A DNA stretch of 58,249 bases, filler included, from Asterionella formosa (taxonomy: Eukaryota): NCBI GenBank assembly GCA_002256025.1. It is 5 parts of 5 records of this genome, joined end to end, with 100 filler letters (N's around TTAATTAATTAA, not from the genome) between each part and the next. Parts side by side here need not be neighbours in the genome. Positions count along the whole stretch, not along the records: positions 35,044 to 46,601 come from NKIB01008355.1; positions 46,702 to 58,249 come from NKIB01008360.1; 3 more parts are not named here. One strand, written 5' to 3'. Shown piece after piece: positions 35,044-47,051 of this stretch. The notes under the pieces are model-generated. The model searched no databases, had not been told where the DNA came from, and was given only the letters and a program-made list of their open reading frames with translations. The number at the start of each line of letters is the position of its first letter. Position 1 is the stretch's first letter. Position numbers and translations under genes: made by a program.

Positions 35044-38000
35044 AAATTGTATGATTGGGGTCAGGTTCAACATGAAATGCTTCTGTCCATCTCATCTGCC
35101 GGTTCAACTTCAATTCGTTGTCGCATATATCAGTTGCCAATACTGCATTAACCAAGAGCTCTTTGAAACGCTCATATTCATCAGGTGAGGGGTGAATGCA
35201 AGTCTGCAAGTCCTTGAATTGCGGCTCCTTCAGTATTTCCAAGGCCAATGCAACAGAATGCTGCTCGGCCACACATTTGTTTTGGTACTTGGAAGCAATG
35301 GGGGCGTTTTCTTTGACCAATTGAGCATTCGGTACACCAGTGTGGTCAACATCGTGAACCAAAGCGGAAAAGACAATCACGAACTGAAGAAGTGGATCAG
35401 AGCTAATACCATAAGTTGATTCACTGAGGCTTCCGTTGCCGTCCTTTTCGTGACGGGAGATAATGCGTTTCAGTAACTTATTCGCGGAAAGCGCTACATG
35501 ACTCGCATGTTCAAAGTTATGAAAGGGGTTTTCACGATAGAGAGCAGCGATTTTGCCGACATAAGAGTGAAGCTGCTCTCGAACTCGAGGACTAATATGT
35601 CCCGCTGGATCCACTTTCTTTTCTCGTAAAAAAATCATGTCAGACATCCGTCTGGATATACGAGATTTTTTGGGTGTCATGTTTTGCATTGTCCCTTGGA
35701 AAGGCGTCAACAAATTGTCGTTGTCTGCTCGTTGCATCGATCTTGATAAAGGTCTCGGTTTGCCCCTGGAAATAGAGCCAGTGTTCCTTGAAGCCATAAG
35801 TTTCAATAGGAGACTCATCAAAATATCGGTATTCCAATCTGTAAGACGTTGGTCCTTCGAATGGCCAACGTCGACGTCGTTGAGAGTGTCCGTGTTAGTG
35901 TTCTCCCATAATGAACTGAAAGCGCGATGCTGTGGCTCATCATCTCGAGTACTTTTGACTTGGCTTTCGTTTCTGGTCGCGTCGGAAGAATCATCAATCG
36001 TCGGCCTACAGGCGACGGCCGAACGGCGCTTTGGAGTTAACCAATAAGTGATAAGCTCGCCTTTACCCTTTGCTTTCACTGCGTCATCTCGTCGAGTAAG
36101 CCAATGCTCCTTCCCGGCGAAATTAATCAAAGTGGCAGTTTCTTCCGAGACTTGTATCATGTTCCTAGCTCCGAGACTTTCCATACGAGATGCGACATTC
36201 ATTGTATCACCAAACAGCTGAAACCTCGACTTTTCACCGCGCAGCACACCTCCAATCACTGACCCGCTATGCAAGCCTATCCTCAACGCCAGATCAGAAG
36301 TGCCTGGGCCCAATACTACTTCCAAGTCTCTTGTCATCTGTGACATCTGCAAGAGACATTCGTATGCAAAACGGGCCATTACAACAGCGTGGTCCTTGTT
36401 ATCCACCGGTAACCCAGTGACAGCAACGTCTGCGAGATCGGACTTTGTCAGAAATTATTCTTTGGAAAATATCTAAACGATTGAGTATTTTGTACTTACA
36501 GCAGTCACCAATGGTTTCGACTTTGAACACAGCTAATCGTTGCGCAATAATGTCAAACGTATGGTATATCGTTTCAAGTAGCTGAAATACTTGAGCAGGC
36601 TCACGCTCGCTAGACCATGCCGTGAATCCAGCGATATCAGCAAACATGACAGTTGTGTTTGGGTATAACTCAGCAATTGGAAAATCGTCAGAAACGTGAA
36701 CTTTTGTGAGGTCACTGCGTGTTATCATTCGCTTTATCTTCTTTAGCATACCATGGGGATTAATTTCAATTTCATCTTCAGTATGTACTTGCTGCTGGTT
36801 CTGCGACTGTAATAGTCGATCTCTAACCCCAGCTGGAAAGAGAGAGTCGACAATGGCAGTGGAACTTTGCGCGTTCTTCTCTACCATCTGCTGTCGCCTC
36901 TCGACACGTCCATCGTATAGCAGAAACAGTGCAAGATTAACGCAAAATAATAGGGCACACAACACAGGGAATAAAGTTGGCCACAGAGAGTCAAAAGAAT
37001 CCCGATATCCTGACGTGGGGTAAATGTCGATAACCGGGAAGCACAGCGAAGCATTGATGCTTGTACTTTGCGAGATTTTCAGTGATTGGTCCCCAAAATA
37101 TACCTGATTCTGCATGAAAAATTCTTGAAGCCTTGTCTGCGTCTCCTCGAAGGTCAAGGACACGACCATTTCATCAAAGCGAGAGTCGTGTTTGTCAGAA
37201 TTGTCGATGAAGGTCGCGTCAGGTCCCAATACTTCAATAGACATTGTTGATGCACAAGGATTCCGGAAAACGACGATCAAATTAACCTTGTCTTCCAGGG
37301 CATCTTCGAATTGCTTTACAAAGTCAGAAGTAAATCCAACCACACCAACAACGTTTTTGTCCGCCTTATTGTCAATCACAGGAGTATAAATGGTGTGGAG
37401 AGGCATGAGATCTCCTTGCTCGTTCGGCGAGACTGTAATATCCGCCACGGTGGCCCTCCTGTCCAATAATGCGTTCAATTCTGGTGCTAACTTTGGTTCC
37501 GACAGCTGGTTGCGCATGACCAAGCCAGCCTCCTCGACAGTTTTTGGGGGCGGAGCAATTTGCCAATACGGTAGGTATGGACCATCTGTAGTGTCATTCT
37601 GTGGTTGTCCAGATCCGTCCAAGGAGTAAATACCTTGACTGATCGTGCGTTCTCTTATAGAAACATTAAATCCAAGCATATATTGGTGGTCGGTGGCATA
37701 CTGGTCCCACTCTGCACGAGTCCTGCTCGTCACTAGAGGCGAAAACGATATGCGGGCGGCGTGGACTAACGACACTCCTCCAGTATTGCGCAACGCAAAG
37801 TCAGGGAGACTTACAAACGGAAACGAACTGTTCGTTTCTACAGCATAGCTTGTCAAGGTGACGCTGAGAGTAAATCCGGCCCACAATTTGCTTTCAAAGT
37901 TCCGAAAGAGCGCATCTGAAAGCTTGTCAGCGTTCGCGTGAAAGGAAGTACAAAATAGTTCATCATCGTCATGGTGGATGACGACGTAAACAGCAACTCC

Positions 38001-38204
38001 AGCGAATAACGCAACGCCAAAAAGAGCCAACACGACGATCACTTTCAGTACAGCCACCTGCCTAGTCTTGGAACGTATCGGTCCTTTGCTGTGGTTATTC
38101 GAAAGGACGCTTGCCAAAGCAGTTTCGTCCTCGAAAGGGTGATTGGACATGCCAACGATCGACCGTTCTGGGACCTCTTTGGTTGGTCTGTTAGAGAGAA
38201 ACAT
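35044..38204 (-). CDS. Receptor-type class III nucleotide cyclase fused to a class I phosphodiesterase-like HD domain; 3'-truncated at contig edge
   Basis: TM, extracellular sensor, TM, then VMFADIAGFT, KVETIGDCY (intron 36430-36499), RIGLHSG.V.GGV, RFQLFGDTMN.ASRMES. PDE motifs FHNFEHASHV, HDVDH.G..N, AEQHS, LATDI. Start codon uncertain. Confidence 0.9.
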
Positions 38205-40479
38205 TGTTAAATGCTCTGGGATATCTGATACAGTAGCAGTTGATATGGCAAGTAGAAGGCTGGAGGGATACTGGAAGGAAGTCTCACAAACTAAATGCAA
38301 ACGCCAATACCGGTACCGGTATCATAAAGCAAGATCCTATCAAATGACTTTGATATTACTGTTTTTTTGGGCAGGTCGTTTGTTGTGCACGTCAATTCTG
38401 GACCTGCTGTCATTTCACACATTTCTTCGAGAAATTGTTTTCCTTCTATGTAAAAGAAATATGTCTATGATGAAAAACATCAAAGGAATCCACAGTACAA
38501 ACGCGGTATGTAAATAAAATAATTGAAAAATAGTCTGATCTTAATCTTATGTTGCAAATATATCCTAAGGAGACATCAGAAGTAGAAAAAATACACTGGT
38601 AGAGACTGAGAGTTTGAAATGCTTACTAAGTATTCATAGACTGGCTGACGACTGCGTGTGTTTAATCTTACTTTTTTCAGAACTGAATACCGTTATGTAG
38701 GGATGCAATTTGGGAGGGGCTTAGTTCCAACATGCGACCTGCCAAAAGTCGTAAATGAAGCTTTATATCAAACAACCTGTCATGGAAAGACCAGTGAGAC
38801 CATTTGAAAAGAAAAATAGATATGAATGACTGCTCCGGCAATGTCGGTACCGCTAGCCAGGATTGTCAATTATCGTTTGTCAGTCACACACCGGCAAATA
38901 GATGAATATTGCCTATGTATGATCGTACAGACTTAAACAAAATTCAAACTCTTGCGACGTTCGGAAGTTCGCAAGCGAAGTAACTTCGAAACTTCGCTGA
39001 AAATAGATAGAAGCAAATCAAACCGGAACCGGTATTAAAGGTCCGAGCAACAGTATGGTACCGGTACTACCGGTAGCATAACATTCGTGTACTCCTCGCA
39101 TGATGATAAAATCAAACAATGACTGGAACAGATATGAATAAAAGACGAGAAATGGCTTGGATATAATTGTTCCTTTTTATGACCGATTGCAATTTCTGGG
39201 GACATCAGGTAGACCCCCGTAGGCCAAGTGGCCAAGTAACGGTAATGGCAAAAACCTTGTCTACTATTCCATAATTTGGATTTTAAGGTTGCGCAGTTAC
39301 ACATCGCGAGGTCTGTTTTTTCCCAAAATAATTTAATGATGAACTTCAATCTACACATTACGTACAAAACTAAATAAAAAGGTTAAAAGTAAAAGTAAAA
39401 TTAGCTTTCACCAATACGACTACCGGTAACGTACTGTGCAAATCCTTAGGGAAAGTACAGGCATTGGTCGAGGCTAGTTGCATCAAAATAATAATTATAG
39501 TAGCCCACGTTGCGCTGGTACAAACTATTATCCTTATCCCTACCGTAGAAAGGAATATCACGCCAATTTGTTTGCTTCGATCGGTTCACCATGCTGCTCA
39601 ATATCGCCGCCGTTTCCAGTGCAAAAGTGATTCCCCAAAGGGGCTTTTATATTCGTTTGTATAGTCATGAGTGGCTGAAATGTTTTTGGGGAATCACCTT
39701 TCATATGATATTCAAAAAGTTGTAGCAATATCCGTTATGGCTGCCATCAGTGACCCTGCCATTCATGGTGTTTGGTTGCCCATCAATCAATTCAGGGAAT
39801 ATTTTCACAAAAAGTAATCTTTTGGCGATAACATAAAATTTAATACTAATAGATTGATAAGGTATCTCAATAAGGTTTTTCCAAATCAATCTTTGGAGTC
39901 AACAAACAAGGTCGCGATTTCCACAGCAGGCAGCAAGAACCACAGCAGGCAAGAAGGTGATGGTATTTCGACATGAGTATCAAACGAAGGGCTTAAGTAG
40001 GCAAAGATTTATTTACATTACAGGAAAGACAGTATCAGCGGTTCCTAAGCTTCCAACGTATGATAATTCATCTGAATGGGAAGAGAAATGTGTTCCATTG
40101 AAGAGGCTACTAAGAAGTGGAACAAGTCGGGGAAATGATGGTCAAATTTTCGTGATGGTCACCAAATAAATTTATCTAGTAGTGGTAGTAGTACTTCATC
40201 TCAACGATTAGATAATGAATTTACTCTACATACTGTCTTTGATTCAAATAGTAAAGGAGATGAATTAAATTCAAGGAAAAGGACAAGGACAAGTGAACAA
40301 CAAGAAGGAGAAGAAGAAGGCAAAGAAGCAACTAGTAGACTTTTATTGCTAGGGGGAGTGATGAATCATCAGAACTAGCTACAGCATCACTGAGCAATGA
40401 CATCCAGCTACTAGACTCATCATTTGAGTCATCATCCTCCCTGCAATCATCTGCTCCTCCTAGCAGCAAAACGAACTAC

Positions 40480-41860
40480 ATCCAGAAACAAACAAACACA
40501 ACCACAACCTATTGGGACTCCCCTGAAGCCAAGAAACTTTTCAACCCCCTACCAAATGAATCTACCCTGAATGCAATCGACAACCAAATAGAAATCCTCA
40601 GACAAGCAAATAACTCCAGCTCTGGATACCTCCCATTGATTCACAATCTCAACCATATTAACCAAGAAGATGAAATCACCCATCATCACAAGTGGAACAT
40701 CCAACAAAAATGCCAATACATGGCTCTCTCACTCCAACTTGCAAAAGAAAACATGAATATATGGAAAGGGGAACATTGTTGCACTTTTGCTGTTAAGAGA
40801 TGCATTGATGGTCTCAAAGTACTCTGCCCTCAATTGGCATGACCTTCAGAAAGAAGATGGCTTAAAAGTGGAACAAATGACGGCTAAGTCCTATGGAGGT
40901 GCCCAAAAACGGTTAAAAAAAACAATAATAAAGCAAACACATGGTTACCTGGGATCTCAGTTACCTAAGCTGGAACCAGGACAAACGCAATCAATGTTGT
41001 TCAGAATAGATGAGGACACCGGACCATTCTGGATGACTCAAGCTGAACGAGATGAAAAGCGCCATGACTTGGTACTGGAAGGGCAAAGAATCACAAGACA
41101 ACACACAAAGGATGAGCTCCTTAAACAACCACCAAGGCAAAGAGGAATATTAGCAAAGGGTAAGAAGCAAGCAATACAATCAAAGTCGCAAGAACACAAC
41201 TTTACCAATTGAAGAGACTAAAATCAAAAAGTTATCGAAGAATGGCTGGGAAAATAAACCAAAGGGTCTGTTGCAGGTACTTTGGGAGCGTGGATTGAAA
41301 TTGGAGAACTACACGTTGAATGGAAAGCAGGATGCATTTGGATTTGTCCAGAAAGAGTTTTCTTTAAGTCGCTGATGGGAAACTGTCTTGATTCCGAGGA
41401 AGAGGAGACACTACTATTGCAGTCAATGGGAAGGGAAATGGGAGTACTTGTTGACCGAACGCCGAAATGTCACCACTGTGAACTTGCAGGAGAGGGAATC
41501 GAGTATTCTTGGGGTTGCACCAAGAATTTTTACCGTTGGGTTTCTCTGAAGAGGAAACAGGGTAAAGAGAACTTCAGGTCTGTGGAAGGAGAGAGCATGT
41601 CAACAGACAAAGTGTTAACAACAAAAAGGATAAGACATTTTTCAAGGCGAGCAAGACAATATTTATGTGCATACTTCAAGATTTGGAAAGATCTGGATAA
41701 ACAACAACATGACAGGATGGACGCCGAAGTTGACACAACAACACATGAAGCGGACCCCATCAGCGTTGAGAAGCTTGTCAAGCAATTCAAAACACACCGC
41801 TGTGCTCCCGATTTCGACAAAACTTTCTGCAATGCAACCTATGTCAACAATCTAACATAG
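40480..41860 (+). mobile_element. Degenerate IS630/Tc1-mariner-like DDE transposase
   Basis: W...KPKGL.QV..ERG across frameshifts, DRTPKC(H)HCELAGEGIEYSWG..K..YR, FSRRARQY, FKTHRCA.DFD. Confidence 0.7.
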
Positions 41861-42168
41861 CAAACAACAGAGCAACGAAACAAACAAGAAGCAAACAAGA
41901 AGCAAACAGCCACTTAAAAATAGAAAGATTAGTTTAAAAATGCATGCAGCAGATTTGTAACAGTCTCTCGCTTTTATATAATTGTAGCTAGGTCTACACT
42001 ACAGAAACCTTAGCATGCACTGCCTCGTACTATTGTCTCTGCTTTCTATTACATTCACACATCCCATATGTTGATCATGGTTTTCACAAAATACAAATCA
42101 TTTCATGTGAACAAAAACATCCCCATTGCATTCTCAATTGAATGACTATACTAGGTTTGGCTAGCCAC

Positions 42169-43062
42169 TTAATTCTCGAAAAAGATACTATGCAATCCAA
42201 ATACCAAAAAGATACATCCACCGCAAAAGGACACCGTCTTTTCACTAATTTTGGACGCCAACATTCGGCCACCCATAACAGCCAATCCTGTACACATGGA
42301 ATGTCCAAGACATCCACCAATAGTGACTCCATATGGATTCTTGGCTGCTGCGAGGGCAATGGTGGCAATTTGACTCCGGTCCCCCCATTCGGCCAAAAAG
42401 GTGAGCGTGAGGGATTGTATAAACACTCCTGTCCATGTCAAAACTTTATTAGGTAAGTGTGCAACTTGCGCTTCCATGTCGGGTGTTTCTAAATCCGTCT
42501 TTTTCCCTGCCAACAACTCCTCTTCAACTTCGTCCAGTTCTTCCGACACCTTGTCTTTCTCCATCCCCCTACTCTCGACAATGAGTTTGACTCCAAAGTA
42601 CAGAAACAAAACCCCTCCCAGTATATGTGTGTATTGTTTCGGTAGAATGTTTGGCAAAATCAAGCCCATGCAAGTAGAGAGAATCGTCATTACAATCAGA
42701 GCCACAATGGCTCCACCAAAGACGGCTGACCTAGCATGGCGCATGGACAAGACCGCCGCAATAAAGAACGTTTTGTCTCCAATTTCCGTAGCTAATATCA
42801 TGGCTACCCCACTCGTGAATCCATTCCAGAAGCCCCTCGTGTCTGGAAGCCACAATAAGGACGACGATTTCTGAATGAGCAGCGGCCCAGCAAGCGCCGC
42901 TTCCATCTTAAGCAATCCTTCATCGAATTCGTCTTTGCTCAGTGAGCCATCATGATTTCCATCTAGACTATCGAACCAGTCAGACGGAGATGCTGGCGAT
43001 GACGAACGCAAAAGGCAGAAGAGGGATAGAAACATCAGGAAAGAACGGCGCACCATGGTCAT
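42169..43062 (-). CDS. GDT1: GDT1/TMEM165 (UPF0016) Ca2+/Mn2+:H+ antiporter with signal peptide and N-terminal EF-hand
   Basis: Two E-x-G-D-(K/R)-(T/S) motifs (EIGDKT, EWGDRSQ), acidic central loop, DGNHDGSLSKDE EF-hand loop. Confidence 0.92.
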   Translation of the reverse strand: MTMVRRSFLMFLSLFCLLRSSSPASPSDWFDSLDGNHDGSLSKDEFDEGLLKMEAALAGPLLIQKSSSLLWLPDTRGFWNGFTSGVAMILATEIGDKTFFIAAVLSMRHARSAVFGGAIVALIVMTILSTCMGLILPNILPKQYTHILGGVLFLYFGVKLIVESRGMEKDKVSEELDEVEEELLAGKKTDLETPDMEAQVAHLPNKVLTWTGVFIQSLTLTFLAEWGDRSQIATIALAAAKNPYGVTIGGCLGHSMCTGLAVMGGRMLASKISEKTVSFCGGCIFLVFGLHSIFFEN

Positions 43063-44169
43063 TGCTTGGTTTTGAATATAATTATGGTATACATTGATAA
43101 ATATACCGGTAATAAATATTTGTCCTGATCAGCATGACATGTTGGATGGACAATGATTTGTATTCAATTTCATTATTTTAATTAGGCATGATATTTATAT
43201 GTTCACTTGTTAGAATACGAAAAAATTACAATTAAGTACCGACATGGGATCGAGGAAGGCTATTGAGGCTGACACCAAGGCATGGAATACAACGATCAAA
43301 ACTTGATGCAAGTACAAAGTGTATGTTAGACGATGCTCTCTGCTAGAATACTATTAAGGAATCAGTTTTGATTCAGTACTGTTTGATAACATTCATCCTG
43401 AAAGATAAACAAACTTGTTTCAGTTACTAGCTATGTTCTAACAGTTGCGCATTGATCCAACAACAAGGGCCAGAGCACTTACCAATTTTGTTTTGTCCAG
43501 CCAGATTGGCGGTTTCCCACTGCATGCAAAATGAGCTATTGAATCACTTGAGAAGGAAGCAATCATTTAGTCGTTGTGAGCGCAACAATTGATCATCCTG
43601 GCATGTGCCCTCGATGTACCATGATAGCTAGAAGATTCCATTCACTTTTCTATTTTCAATCATTCTAACAAGCCACAAGGTGTGGTCGTATCATTGTCCT
43701 TGTAATGTGGCTGATGTGATCTTTTATTTCGAACTGTGGTACCATGATTTCAAATGTATTAGCCATGTATGCATTTATAAAACTTGTAAATGTATAAATA
43801 CATAGTATACAGTTGAACACTTGCATTATCTGTGCTAAATTGTTGCCTAAACGAATTAGTGACCGGAATTTAGTTTTTCTGGTAGCACTAAGCATGTTTC
43901 ATAGCCTGGTGTAAACAACAGCCCAATTCAAAATGATGATTCAGAATGGGCTGGTAGTAATAAGGCCAAGCAAGGGTTTATGTGAGCAAGGGTACTGGTA
44001 GAGTCCTGGATCAACACAAGCACACTTTAATGCGTGTAATGTCAGTGTCACCACAAGGGATAACGAGACAGGGGAATAAAAGAATTGACCACCAGTCTTC
44101 AGAGAATCATAGGCAATGGCCTTGACCATGCTTGAGTTGGTAGATAGGCTCTGAGATTGGTATGAAAAT

Positions 44170-44650
44170 ATTCCGATATTTTGGAGACAGTTGAAAAGGC
44201 CGAATTTATTTTTGGTCAACTATGATTGCTCAACGTTGGCTGGGTCTTAAGGCGATTTAGATACATAGGTAAACTTCAAATAGAATCAGTATGTAACTTC
44301 TAGCGAGAAAATGCAGAAAGGAACTTCGGATTTTTACGATGCCAAGAAATATAGTGATTTCCCCAGAAATTTCTCCCGAATTTTCTAGTTCTTTTAGCAT
44401 AGTAAAAAACACAAGTTCTTTTCTGGAATTTCTCGCCAGATCCTATAAAGTGAAAGTATATAGTTGACCCCCCATACCTCTACTTTGACCAGTGACCGTA
44501 TCTAAGCATATGGAAAGGGTGTGAATTGGTGAAAGCTCCGTTGTTGAGTGACATAAATTTACATTCTACTCATAAGAAGTGTGCGTTTGACTACTCTGAC
44601 TTAATTTATTTAACTCTACCTCTAATCTAGGGTTGAAATGCAGGAACATT
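44170..44650 (+). repeat. Longest copy of a dispersed repeat also at 4375-4568 and 20455-20592
   Basis: ATTCCGATATTTTGG...GAAAAGGCCGA...GTTGGCTGGGTC...GGCGATTTAGATAC is shared with 20455-20552. The distal part is shared with 4375-4568 (inverted). Confidence 0.8.
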
Positions 44651-45259
44651 AAAAGATTCAGAAAGCAATAGAAGGCTTCGGGACGCAATTTCAACCTTGT
44701 AAAATAATTTACAAATGGCTGAATGCAGCAAGTTGCGGTAATTTGGCTGATTCACGTAGGTAGTTGATGGGCAGAGGACATAGGTATTCAAACATAAATA
44801 TATTGGAGCGTTGTCAGGTTCGCCAAATCAGTTTGAGCGATATGATTCAGTCCAAAATAGGTCATTTAGAAAAATATAATGTAAAACTGTTAAATTCACT
44901 AGATTTTAGTAGGATAAGAAATTTACAATTATTGTTTTAGGCACATGCAAATTGTTTCAGACATCAGCAAAAGAATTTCAGACAATTCCCTTTCAGACGA
45001 TTATCACTCTTTTTCACTTTAAAAACGCTTTTTCGCTTGAGGGTTGCGGCCCAGGCTTAATCATACTAGTTTGGAGCAAAGTGTCCCTACTAGTGTTCTA
45101 AAATCGGCATTGAACAGGGAGTTCGTTTCTGAGAAATCCCATGATGTGATTGTCCATTTGAATATTTAAATTGAATAGAAATCGGCGCCAGATTGATAGA
45201 GTCCATTTCAAACAACTACATATTTGTATTATCTATTTTGTTGGTGAATGTTGATATAA

Positions 45260-45640
45260 TAATAACTACTCCACGAGGGAATGGCTAAGTTGTTGCCTTT
45301 GATCTGATGTTGTGAAATTCGATTCCCGCAATTGTTTTGAGAAGCAATTGTTGGGTTTGACTCCCAAACTCTTTCCGTCCCGCGCGGTCTTGCCTGGTGT
45401 GCAAGAAATAGTGGGTTGTCCCCATACAAGCAGCTTGTGTCGCCTTCCTAGGCGGTCGAAGTTGCCTCTAACGCTGCGGCTAAGACGATCACCTTTCGCG
45501 AAAGGTGGTGGGGGACTCACCTACACCAACAAAACTAGGGAAGCACAGGTCTTGTTGACAGGTAGCACAATGAAGTACTTTCCTTGAAAGAGGTGAGTAC
45601 AAATGGATAAAACATACTAACATTTAATAACTACTCCACG
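45260..45640 (+). mobile_element. Putative tRNA-derived SINE (349 bp) between 16-bp direct repeats
   Basis: TAATAACTACTCCACG at 45260-45275 and 45625-45640. A-box-like TGGCTAAGTTG (45282), B-box-like ATTCGATTCCC (45317). Multiple hairpins. Confidence 0.5.
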
Positions 45641-46601
45641 CCAAAACACATGGATAAATCAGTAGTATGCTGGCGGTATGTGAAATCACGGATCTTGTTA
45701 AAACAAAAGAAATGATATTTATACGTTTATATTGAATCTATGTTGCTGGATTTCTCTACGCCCAAGGGGCATCTATATACCAGTTTATCAGTGCGTAGTA
45801 TCTGTACTATGCAATATCGGTTAATGATGATGGGAAAGCTAGTAATAATTTTACTCTCTTGTATGGTTATCAGCTTTGTGGTGATGATCGCGCTTGTTCA
45901 ATCATGTTCCTTGTTGCTGAGCTGAAGTGCTTGTCAGGACATGTTGCTAGCATGAGTGTTATTCAACAGTGTTTAGCTCTTTGGTGCACATCTCAAAACA
46001 TTGTGAATCATTGTATCACCACAACCTGAGTTTTAAATGCATAGTTTCTTGACAGGTCGTGTCATCGTCCTAGTATTGTAAATATAGAAGAGGCAAACAT
46101 TTATTTCCATATGGTGGCGGGCGGGCTCACACTAGCTGATAATGGTGCAAAAGCCATCAGGTTATGCACCAATGGCAGCAGCATTCTGCGTTGCACAGTG
46201 TTTTTGGGTGTTAGCTACCCTGTTTGGAGAGTAGCTTTCTCATCTTAATGTTTTCAAAAGAGCACCAGACGCCAGGATCCAATGTGAATTCAACTATCAA
46301 CAGTTCGCTTATCCCCCACAGGCGGTTTATTGTTGTCAGGCAAAGGCGTGGGGCGATGAGTCGGCGTTGGTGCTTTGGATTTGGGAAGTCTGGAAACCAT
46401 GGAAAATCAGCCATGAATCTCAACCAAGCTACATGTTGATGGACAAGTTCCAGGTGAATTTGATGGCTAGAGGCCTCAATGCAATTAATGATTGTGGCAC
46501 TGCTGTTGACTTCATTTGTGGTGGCTTCACATCAAAACTTCAAGTTTGGACATTGGAGTGAACAAGCCCTTTAAGGGTTTTGTTACTAGGGATGATGCCT
46601 A

Positions 46602-46701
46602 NNNNNNNNNNNNNNNNNNNNNNNNNNNNNNNNNNNNNNNNNNNNTTAATTAATTAANNNNNNNNNNNNNNNNNNNNNNNNNNNNNNNNNNNNNNNNNNN
46701 N
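46602..46701. other. Artificial contig-join linker
   Basis: N44-TTAATTAATTAA-N44. Confidence 0.97.
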
Positions 46702-46753
46702 TAGTACTGTGTTAATCGAATACAGTTGATGAAATTGATAGCAACGAGGAAGT

Positions 46754-47051
46754 TGTCAAACTTAAACTTTCACTTTACTAACTGGATTGTTTCAAGATAA
46801 TGGTCTCGAAACACTCTTATTACTCACACTGCATTTTAACATTTTTTCTTGACCTCTGATTGCTTTTCCTTGCGTTGTGCCTTTTACCACGTCAGCCCAG
46901 GTAACTCTTGGTAGCGGCTGTACGGTTTTAACTGTAGTACTGTACTCTCTCGTGTCTACTATACCCTTCACGCCTGTCCTGTGGCAGTCAGCTCGAATTT
47001 TTTCAACACCAGGAGACATTCCACAGGATGACTCCTTCTTGCATGTCGACA
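46754..47051 (-). mobile_element. Probable LTR inserted into the 5' end of the LRR gene
   Basis: Minus strand starts TGTCGAC where homology to the paralog at ~21480 stops. Candidate end TTTGACA at 46754. No TSD, so the element may continue past the contig edge. Confidence 0.45.

Noticed and set aside
45260..45345. HDV-like ribozyme, group I intron P element (AATTGCGGGAA on minus) or true tRNA
   Set aside because: No room for P1' in an HDV fold, no ordered Q/R/S elements, and the T-stem and anticodon stem do not pair.
45785..45830. U2 snRNA-like GTAGTATCTGT
   Set aside because: Flanking U2 5' stem and downstream sequence are absent.
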